DNA from: Gordius albopunctatus | Lineage: Eukaryota | DNA: 64,000 nt | Assembly: GCA_964276515.1 (NCBI GenBank) | Contig: OZ193909.1 | Coordinates: forward strand, 10,974,001-11,038,000 | Direction: 5' to 3' | Shown: piece by piece, positions 40,251 through 51,800 of the stretch | Layout: every line of letters starts with the position of its first letter | Numbering within the stretch: the first letter of the stretch is position 1 | Translations under genes and position numbers: made by a program | Notes under the pieces: model-generated | Databases searched by the model: none | The model's input: the letters and a program-made list of their open reading frames with translations, nothing else | What the model was told of the DNA's origin: nothing

Positions 40251-41730
40251 AGAAGATATATAATCTCTAATTAAAACTGATAATGGGGGTTGAATATTGA
40301 TTAATGAATTGAATAAGCTGGAAATGTAATTAAATCTACCTTGTTATTTTAATAAACATCGAATAATTATAAATTAGAGCATTATAAAAACAAATCTAAG
40401 TTTATAATTTATAATACACAAATAAAAATCTAATTAATTTTGTAACGGGCTTTTTGCGGGCCTTAAATATATCTAGGCCCGGCCCGAGTCCGCTAGGTTT
40501 TATTGCCGCCCGTCCAGGCCCGGCCCGTTGTTTTATTTTTAAGCAGAAGCCCGTCCAAGCCCGGCCCGCCGTCCGCGGGCCGGGCTGTGGAGGTCTCTAG
40601 TTGCTACTACGTCCCCATTAAATACTTATTTTCTATTCTATTAATAATTTTAAATTTTAATTCACACTTTAAAATAAAATTACATATAAAATAGCGATTA
40701 TAATTTAAAAAAAAAGATACAAATTGTTCTAAAAGCTTATTTTATTTAAAAATTAAAATTTTCAAATTAAAGTTACGAATTATTATAGCTAAAAATGTAA
40801 GTTTAAATTTGTAGATTCGTAACGTATTATTTTAACTTATTCTTGATTTTATCTATAATTGACAATTAATTTAGCTTTACATATACAAAGAAAAATTAAT
40901 TTATAATAAAAAATTTGCCTTAGAAATCACGATTCAAAAGATGTCGGGACTCGGTTGGTGTTACAATCAAAAACATTTAAGGCTTGGGCCCAGCTAGGAC
41001 GGCATTGGAATTACAATTCGATAAATTATCTGCTAGGGCAAGGCCTTGATTCTTTTAGAAATTTTACAATCCATTTGAAAATGACTCATAACACTTTGTA
41101 TTTTTACAGCCTTTCTGACCTCGCCTTATTAATAAAATAAAAGAATTCATAAATTTAGAATAATAGGCGTTATTTATTTAATTCAAGCTATTATTTAAAG
41201 TTAAATATTTGTATTGCATGTTAGTAGAAAACAAGGTAGAAAACTAGAATCAATTAATAAAAAAAGTCAGCTAGTTTAATTTAAAAATTAATAAACATAT
41301 AATTGTTATCAATTTTATAAACAAAATTTAAATAGGGTTAAGAATTTTAGCTTGGGGAAGGGGCTAAGATTTTTCTCTCGAGGGGCAAATATTTTGCTCT
41401 TGGGGAGCCCTAACCTCTTAGCCCCACCTTATATGCCATTGAGTACACGTGAAGTTTGTGAGGATTATATTATAGTTTTTTATTTGTATTCAAACTCATA
41501 AAATATAAAATGCCTTGTAACTAGGCAAAAATAATATTTAACTTAGCCAGAAAATATTTGACCGCCCCCCCCCCCAATTTTAAGCTCTCTTCTGTTAAAT
41601 GTGCTCAAGTGTAATTGCGGTTGGCTATATGAGGTATAAGTTAACACGCGTGCATCTAGTAAAGACTGTAATTTAATGTTAAATAATTATGCAAATTACG
41701 GGGAAGTATATGATTTAATAAATATATCAA

Positions 41731-41834
41731 CATGGGCGTAGCCAGAATGGGGGGGGGTGCAGGGTTAAATTTTAAAGGTTTTTTTTTTATTAATTGTTGT
41801 TTGTCATTGAAAGGCCCCCCCGGCTACGGCCATG
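41731..41834. mobile_element. Tiny hAT-type MITE
   Basis: TIRs CATGGGCGTAGCC / GGCTACGGCCATG; TSD TATATCAA/AATATCAA (1 mismatch). Confidence 0.7.
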
Positions 41835-42034
41835 AATATCAAATATTCGTCTGTTCGTAAAAGAATAATTGGCACCTCGATAATTTTTTTCTTATGCTGT
41901 CTTCATGTTTGCAAACTTTTTAATTAATTCATTGTTGCGTGTCTTATTATAAATTGTAAAAAATTGGTTCTGAATACAATTACATTTTTTTATTAATTAA
42001 CTTCCCATATGGAAATATGTCTAACGCAGTGTAG

Positions 42035-42807
42035 CAGGCACGTAGCCAGGATTTTCACGGGAAGGGGGGGGGGGAAATATGGCAAAAACTTATATATATA
42101 TTTTTTTATAATTAAAAGTAAATATTAAATAACAAATCGGGCTCGCTGCTGGGCCCACTCGGCTAAGGGGTCGGGCATGCTACAGTTCTAAATTAAGATT
42201 TTTAAGTAGGCCTGGGCGGGCACCATAATGAAATTTTTTATATAGTTTACTATTTTTTGTCACCTTTCTATTTATAAAAATTCTAGAATTAGATCAAAAA
42301 TCGTTGAATATAAGACAAAACTATTTATTGGAATTTAAAATCGTCATTTTAGGCCGGCTGTTCGGACAGCATTAGTAAATTGGGCAATTAAAAGGTTTTG
42401 GCTGGCCTTGGCAGGGAATTTAGTTATCAAACCGTGATGGGTTCTAACAGAAAATTTTAGACAAATAGGATAAATGCTAAAAGTATAAATATTATATATA
42501 AAGGAACATTATAATAATTGCTTAGTTATCTACTTCCTGGGGTTATCTGGTGTTTTTACGTGAAATAAATGTTCAAATAAGTTTTTTCCACAACAATTTT
42601 TACAATCATATTCAGAAATTTTACAACGCATTTTGTCAAAAATTAAATTGAAAAAGTTAGATGTAAATATTATGTATCTAGGTATTTATAAGTGTCTTAA
42701 AGTCTTTGATGTAACTAAACTAAATCTTTTAACCCATTTAATTTATTTATTAATAAAAAACAGGGGAGGGGGGATTTCCCGTTTCCCCCTTCTCATATAC
42801 GCCACTG
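42035..42807. mobile_element. hAT-type MITE immediately upstream of Rab11-FIP
   Basis: Imperfect TIRs CAGGCACGTA / TACGCCACTG; perfect 8-bp TSD CAGTGTAG. Confidence 0.75.
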
Positions 42808-42862
42808 CAGTGTAGGCTTAGTATGCTCATGAAGGTTTTCTTGGCCATATGATTATAGTGTA

Positions 42863-45800
42863 ATGAGTGCGCCGACCCATGTTCATGTTACAAGTAAAAT
42901 ACTCATCTATATTATAATATTTTTATAGTATTAGCAGCGAATATTAAGAAAATTAAAGGAAAAAATGGTAAATTACAATCACATGCATATATATAAAATC
43001 AAGGTTATAATAATCCGTTTGTGGCCATTCAGCTGGGCAATGATACCTTCCAAACTTCTATTAAAGAAAAATCAAACATGCCTGAGTGGAATGAGGATTG
43101 TGATCTGTATGATTATCAGTGCTAAATTTAAATGTTTAGAAAAATTCCATCAAAAAGATCCAACCTGATACTTAATGTTTGCCATCATTCCAAATATAGT
43201 CCTAATGAATTTATTGGCCAGGTTCTGATTCCTTTAAGCAATTTTGAAGATTATGAAACTTCCACCACCCTGTAAGTGATTATTTAAAATTTTTTACTTT
43301 CTGTTTATCAACAGTCTATTGTTGGAAATGAAATAATCATTTATAGGTAGGCAAATTAAATTTTTCTTGTTTAGTATGTAATTAGACATATTTTTTGGCC
43401 AAATATGTTATGGATAAAATTTAAAGACAAAAGAGGATACAGATATGTAGTTAATGTATTTGTAAATTATTTTTATTTATTCTTATGTGATATTTTGTCC
43501 ATGATTGTCTCTTGCATATGCTAGTGTTTAGGCTTTCAACATTAATATTCCTTCATATCCATTTTTACACATTGAATTATTAATTTTAAAGATTACTATA
43601 TTTTGTGTTCTTGCATAAAATTAGGTTTTGTCTTTCATTTATCTACATTATCTCGCCTACTTAACTATCTTCTAATCTTTTCACATGACCCTATCATCTT
43701 GATCTTTTGTTATGATTGTTTATTAGATTTTACGCTTATTAATCCTTATTTCATTCTTTAGTTTTTTTTACAAAATTGCCTAATCCAACCATCCATCTTA
43801 GCCTTATGCTAAATATTTCCCTTGTATACAGTATTGTTGGTTGTATAAACAAACAGTGTATTTTGGCGCTATTTTGTCACAAGAAACTCCCTTTTATCTC
43901 TTAAAATTTAGCATTCATTCTTGCTTGGATTTAGACCATGCAACTCAGCCTTGATATTTGAATGACTTTACAATTAGAATTACCCTTGAAAAACAATTTT
44001 TGTCCTTTGCCTTGCTAATAATTGCCTTTTATTTTTTCCAACCCTTTCTTTTTCTTGGTAGGGAGACCGGGGCTATCGCGACCAAAAATTTTCAAAAAGG
44101 TCTGGACAAAAATTGTTAACCGATTTTCATATAATTTTTTTAGAAAAATATTCGTGTCTAGAGTGTTTTTCAAAGGAAAAAAAAATATGGCAATACAGTT
44201 GATAGATTTTTCGTAATACGGGTTTAAAAAAAAGACAACTCGTATAAATTTCGAAAACTACCCGGGGTTATCGCGTCCTTTCGGAGGGGCTATCGCGTCC
44301 TCTCTAATATAAAGCTCCAAAACTAAAAACTCATTGATTACCTAGGCCTAAATAACCAAATTTTTTAATGTTTATAATCTTTTGTAACTTATAAATGTTG
44401 ATAATATTCTTTAAGAGTGATTTATCAGAGATTGTTGTTAAATTATTACCTAATGAAACTAAGTGAATGGTTTAAATTGCAAAACATTAAGTTTATAAAA
44501 ACTTTAAAGCTTAAAAAGTTTGATATAATAATTTTATAAGAGGATTAATGTGTTTTTATGTTAAAATTAATGACTTATAATTGCATATGCTTTATGTGAA
44601 AGTATTAAAAAGTTTTTTATATTTTAATATAAAACTTTTCATAGAGATTTAACATATAAGTGCCTTTTCTAAGATTTCTGTGCTAGAATCATTGATTTAT
44701 ATGCCTTATTACACAAATATCATTTAAAATGAATAATTGTTAAACAAGGTTAAGGTTTACAAATAATGCAAATTTATATTATGTGCTTAAAAATGTCAAA
44801 ATATTAGAAGTTCATAATCTATTAAAGCTTATAAAATTTTACATATCAATTACTTTATCAAATTTTTGTGCTAGAATCATTGATTTAAATCTTTTATTGG
44901 TATAAAAATGTCATGTAATTATTAAAGATGGTTATGATTTACATTTAATGCAAATATAGAAAATATCATAATTGCAGCAGGATCCATGAGCCCAGAGGGA
45001 GCATTTCCTACAGCTGAACCAGTCTTCATTATTATGATGATTTGTATAATCTTTGCCACATATCAGGCAATTATTTTGTGATCTGATCAATTTTTTAGTA
45101 ATCTTACCTTGGCATTTGGCCACCTTTTCTCTTACCTTTTTTTATGAGGTGATGATGTGAGTATTGTTGACACTTGCTGTCTAGTTGAAGTTTTTCTAGT
45201 TAAAATGGGGTTGGGATAAAGTGATTCTGGATTAAAATTATTTAAGGACACTTCATTATTGGTAGTTTGAGATTCATTGAGATTACATGATATACTTGTA
45301 CTTGCACTTGAAGTATACAGGGGGTTTACACTTTCATCATTATAAATAAGTGGGTTAAATGGCCATATGCCGCAAGATTGAAACCCTTTTTGTATATTTA
45401 AAATTGAAGCAGCTCTTGGTAAAACATCTTTAATTACTCCAGGAATTTCATATATGGAAAATGCTTTTCCTGGATTCCCCCGCATCCAAGAATCTAGAGC
45501 AGTGTTATAATATTTTTTCAAGGGACCAAATATTGACACATCTAATGGTTGGAGCTTGTGGGTACAATGTGGGCGGATTGTCAACAAATCAATCCCATTT
45601 TCATAGCACAGGTCAATTACCTCTATGCATGAGTGGGATTGATGATTATCAAATATAAGCAAAACTTTTTTTGTTTTGCTGGGTTTGGCAAACTTAACAA
45701 AGTGATGTAAAAAATAAATAAAATCATCCTTTAACATCCAGCCAGACCCATTGGAAGTTGCAACAGATCCTGTTGGGCTATTGATCATAAAATGACTATA

Positions 45801-48800
45801 AAAATTTTTTCTTGGGTAAATGAACATAGGTGGAATAAAATTTCCCAGGGCATTAATTGCCAAAGCCATTGTCATCAGGGTTCCTCTTTCTCCTGATGTA
45901 ACTGCACCAACTTGCTTTTCCCCTTTAAAGGCAATAACCTTATTGGGTTTTTGGACAGTTGTTAATCCTTTAAATATTAATATAATAACTAGTATTAATA
46001 AATACCTGTTTCATCCATGTTATAAATATCACATGGTAAGTTGTATTGGCGGTTAATAAAGATGAATAATTGTCAAAGAAGGCATTCACATTTTTCATAT
46101 TAAAGCTTGTTGCCCTTGAGATGCTTGTAGCCTCAGGGGTTCTAAGAGAAATATAAGGATTGCGTTTGACAAACCCAGTAAACCAATCAGGGCCTGCTGA
46201 TTGGTTTAGATGCCATGATTCAGGCATTGACAAATTATATCTAGTACCTAACTGATAAGCTAAAGTTTTTACCTAAAAAATAATAATTACAATAAACCAA
46301 TATTCATTACTTGCTTGGGGCAAAAGCCCAAATACATCTTCGAACCTTTTACTAAGTAATTAGCTAATATTTCTTCTTGTTCTTTGTTGAATACTACCCT
46401 TGTCTTCTTTTTTGGTCCTATAATTTCACTTTTTTTGTAATTTTTGTAATATTTTTTTATAGTGCTATAGCTTAAATTGGTATCTTCCGCGATTCTTTTC
46501 AATTTAATGTTGTTTTGAAATGATGTAACAACTTTTTCTAACTGTTCATCATCAATAACAATATTTGCTTTTCTGTGGTAATTACGCACCATAATTAAAA
46601 AAGTGAATGAGTGAAAAGGAACATGATCATTGAACTTTAAGTTGTGCTTAAGATGATTCAACTCGTCAAAAAAATATATTTGAATATAAATATAATAAAA
46701 GAGTTACTTCTTATTACCTTGGTATATATTTCAGGTTGGTAGAATAAGTAGTTTTTAAATAATTTACAAAATACAAAAAAATAAAAAAGGACGTTTTAGC
46801 CCCGAAAAATCTTATTTTCTGCATAATTTTTTTGTAACAAAAGTTATCCCAAATATTTTTTGTGCCTAATAGGTGCTTTAATAAAGTACATTTAATAATT
46901 TATGCTTAGTTTGACCTCAAATTTTAATATTAAATGTACTTTATTAAGGCACCTATTAGGCACAAAAATATTTGGGATAACTTTTGTTACAAAAAAATTA
47001 TGCAGAAAATAAGATTTTTCGGGGCTAAAACGTCCTTTTTTAAATTTTAGAATTTTGTCAATTATTCAAAAATTACTTGTTTTACCAACTTTAAACATAA
47101 ATTAAATAAATAAGCATTGACTCTTTTATTATATTTATTTGTAAATTTATACTTTTGACCAGTTTAACCATCTATAAGCACAACATAAAGAGCAAGGACC
47201 ACGCTCGGGCTATCGCGACCGGGGCTATCGTTTCCTTTTCACCCATTCATTATTTAATATGGTGCGTAATTACAATCGGAAAACAAATATTGTGGCTTAT
47301 GATGAAAAATTACAAAAGATTCTTTTATATTTCAAGAAGAATATCAAACTGAAAAAAATTGCTGAGGAAACTAATTTAAGTTACACTACAATTAAAAAAT
47401 ATCACAAAAAGTATAAAAAGGAGAAAATTTTGCCCAAGAGAAAAAAACAAGAATTGTTTTTAACAAAGACCAAGAACAAAAATTAGCTGATTACCTCATT
47501 AAAGCAGCGAAACTCTATTTAGGGCTATGCCCTAAACAAGTAAGCTATATGGATGTTACTATTAATTGATATATAGGTGAGATATTTAGCTTATCAATTA
47601 GCTATGAAACATGGATTTGTTAAACGCAATTCTCATATTTCTCTCAGAATCCCTGAGGCTACTAGCATTGCAAGGGCCACAAGCTTCAATATGCAAAATA
47701 TTAATGCCTTTTTTGAGAACTATTCAACTCTGTTAACTACCAATAAATACTTACCTTGTGACATATATAACATGGATGAAACAGGTATTTACCTCTAGTT
47801 AATAATAATATGTTTATATTTAAAGGATTAACAACTGTTCAAAAGCCGAGTAAAGTTATTGCCCAAAGGGGAGAAAAACAAGTGGGATCAGTAACATTAG
47901 GGGAAAGAGGAAATCTGATGACATTGGCTTTGGCAACTAATGCCCTGGGAAACTTTATTCCTCCTATGTGAAATTCTACAGCCATTTCTTAATCAATAGC
48001 CCAACAGGATCTGTGGCTACAGCAAATGGCTCAGGATGGATGCTGAAAGAAGATTTCATTTTTTTCCTGCATCATTTTATCATGTATGCCAAACCTAATA
48101 AAACAAAAAAAGTTTTACTTATTCTCGATAACCATCAAACACATTCATTTATTGAGGTAATTGACCTATGTTATGAAAATGGAATTGATTTGTTAACTAT
48201 TCCCCCACACTGTACCCATAAATTACAGCCCTTGGATGTATCAGTTTTTGGTCCCTTAAAAAAGTACTATAATTCTGCACTTGATTCTTGGATGCGAGGA
48301 AATCCAGCAAAAGTATTTTCAATATATGAAATTCCTGCAATAGTCAAAGATGTTTTACCAAGGGCTGCATCCATTCGAAATGTACAAAAAGGGTTTTTAT
48401 CATTTGGTATTTGGCCATTTAACCCACAAATTTTTAATGAAGAAAGTGTAAACCCTTTATATTCCTCAAATGCAAGTAAGTCCTTTAATCTCAATGAATC
48501 TCAAACTTTAAATAATCAAGAGTCCTTGAATAATTTTAACCCAGAATTACTTTATCCCCAGCCTATTTTGACTAGAAAGGCTTCCACTAGACAGCAAACA
48601 TCTACAATACTCACATCATCACCTAATAAAAAAGGCAAGAGAAAGGGTGGCCAAATGCCAAGAGAAGAATACTAAAAAATTAACAAAATCAAAAAATTAT
48701 TGCCTAATATGTGGCAAAGACTATAAAAAGAATCACAATAATGAAGACTGGTATAGCTGCAGGAAATGCTCCTTATGGGCTCATGGCTCATGTTGCAATC

Positions 48801-51800
48801 ATGATATTTTGTTTATATGCAATAATTGTATTTGATAATTATCAACTTAATATGACATTTTGGTATCAATAAAGCATTTAAATCATTGATTCTAAAACAA
48901 AAATCTTAGGAAAGGCACTTTTCTTAAATCATTTTATAAAGCTTTATATTAATAGGTTATAAACTTTTTAGTATTTTTACAATTTAAGCAAATTCACTTA
49001 AGTCATTAATTTTAACATAAAAAACACAAATATCCAATAATAAAATTATCATTTGATACTTTATAAAGCCTGTATAAACTTATGTTTCTGCAATTTATGC
49101 CATGCACTTAGTCTATATCATACTTTAACATAAAAATCATAGATAAAACACATTTAAATAATAATATTAAATTTTATAAGTTGCAAAAAACTATATAAAT
49201 TTAATGTTTTGGCAATTTAAGCACATGCAAATAAATCTTTTTATAGATTTAGGACTTAATATAAGACAGGACGCGATAGCCCCCTTTGAAGGACGCCTTA
49301 ACCCCGGTCTTTTTTCGAAGTTATACGAGTTGTCTTTTTTTTGAACCCTTATTGCGAAAAATCTATCAACTGTGTTGCTATAATTTTTTTTCCTTTGATA
49401 AACACTGGGCAAGAACATTTTTCTGAAAAATGTTTATGAAAATTGGTTGACAATTTTTGTCCAGGCCTCTTTGAAATTTTATGGTCGAGATAGCCCCGGT
49501 CTCCCCTACATATTTGCACTTTTTCAATTCGCCACTTTGAATCTTTGTAATTCATTTTGTATGTTTGAGGCTTAATATATTCAACTATAAACTATAAATG
49601 GAGCCTAACCGACTTATTATTGCTTTTTATGCTTTGCCCGTTTAAATTATTTCTCTAGACTAGAACAGTCTATCGTTTGGGGAAGTAATTTTTAATTATG
49701 ATGTATAAAAAAATTAAAACATGCCCGATGAAAGACGAATATATTTTTTTCATGTTTTTAGGAGTATAATCTTAAGGTTGATTTATTAATAAAACAATTA
49801 AAAATCGGAGTAAATATATATTAATATTCACAATATTGAGTTCAAATTAACAAAGACCGTCAAAATTTTAAAAATGCCGGAAAATTTACAATAGTAAAGG
49901 GTTAAGTTTTTTCACTATATTTTAATTTATCCCATATTTTGGCAAATAAAAACAAAGAAAAAATGATTATGTAAAACATCTCTACTTGCACTTTTATATA
50001 TATAAATCGAACCATAGCCTAACTAACTGTGTTAGACTACCCCGCTACCACTAATTTTAACTCAATCGCTATAAGTTATAAGTATACCACTATTAAAATT
50101 TAAAAGTTATAATTACAAAGTATATAATATATTTTATGATGATAAATCCAATTTTTTACTTCATAAATGTTTTTATTTTTAATTTTTTTCTATTTTTTAT
50201 TGTTGTTAATTTAAAAATAATTAAAAAGATACAATTTACCCCTGTCTAACTAGTTTCGGTCTTCCCTATTTTCAAACTGTTTCTAATTGTCATTATTAGC
50301 TAAGTTTTAGCAAATATTAATTTTAAACATGCTACTGTGTTTATTATACCCATTTTTATTAAATCAAAAAAACCGATTAAATAAACAATATTGTCAAATA
50401 TGCCTTTACAAAATCTTTCACAATTTTTGGATCAATTTATTGGCATAACTTTAGAGAGCTGCAATTTTGTTTGCTCACTAACACGACCTCTGGATGTTAC
50501 GGTTCATAATAAATTTAGATTTAAAAAAATTACATAAAGAATATATCTGATAGTAGATATGTATTTAAAATGGTGTTGAAAAGTTGTTTTTGAGCGGGTA
50601 AAAGGGTTATGGATATGTGGCAACAAAGGTTATTCCATCATTAAAACAAATTATATATGCATATTTTCCGATGTTTTTAAATAAATTTTAGTTTAATAAT
50701 CTCATCTATAAATGATTATAATCAACTAAATTAGATTATTTAGATTTATGACTGTTGGAGAAGTTGGATTAACATTTAAAATGCAAACCTGAAATATTAC
50801 ACCTTTTATATTTGCTTGCATTTATTTTTAACTAGCATAAGTTGTTTAGAAGCTATTACTTTAATATCGGGGAAACTTATTACTAAACCTATTTCCTTTA
50901 GTCCAGCAAACTCTTGCCAAAGTTTCCATTACTTTTTTAATTTACAATAATATTTTTATATAATTTTATTATATTTTAAACTTTTGTAATAGAATTATTC
51001 ATATTAGCTAATTATTATTTTTTTAATATCTCTAATTATTTTAAAATTAAACTTATTAATGCTTAACACAATCAATTTTATAGCATGTTAAATGTAATAT
51101 TTAAAACTTAAATAATACAATAAAAGAGTTCATTTAATAACATTAATATATCATTTTTTATTGCATTTTGCGTAAGTAATGGAAATGCCATCAAGTCTAA
51201 ACTAAATTTTTTTAACGTTTCTAATCAGCTCTCGATTACTAACCTGAAAGATTTTTTTGATGTAATTTACGGGAAATTATTTATAATAATAATCAAATGG
51301 GATATATTAATTGACATCAACTACAGGTGGTATGCTTTGAAGTCCAAATCGGGCAAACAAGAATTAGAAGGCTCGAGGGGCGAACTACAGGTCAGAATTG
51401 AATTTGTTGTTAAAAACAGTTCTCAAAGTATGCTCGATCTAACTTTTTGCAAGATGAAAACACATACACCATCACTTAAACGGTTGGCGAAATCAGTTGG
51501 TAGGCATTACATTTTGCAATTGATTAGTTTCCCAAAGTTATAGAAAATCATCATTCCGTTTTTACTTTTTATTTAAAAAGGAGTCCTCGTTTTTTGCTGT
51601 TTTTTAAAAAAATATTAAAATGGAATGATTGTAGAGGGCGTAGTGTTGTAAAGAGGGTTGGGGGGTTTTGATTGGACGACCTTTGGTTTAACTACTAATT
51701 TTAAATTTTGACTAAGCCGAGAGTTCGACTAAGGAAAAGAAAACCATTAAGCAAATTAAATATATGAAACAACAGTATAGCGTAGTTAGGACTGCAAACA

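Larger units (their letters stand above)
44061..49506. mobile_element. Palindromic pogo-like (Tc1/mariner-pogo group) element with two divergent transposase genes
   Basis: TA|GGGAGACCGGGGCTATCGCGACC ... GGTCGAGATAGCCCCGGTCTCCCC|TA (TA TSD); the two halves are inverted homologues over their whole length. Confidence 0.92.

Noticed and set aside
40265..40285. Short reverse-strand resemblance to U2 snRNA beside the Utopia-like element
   Set aside because: About 12 AT-rich nt in the wrong orientation; expected by chance.
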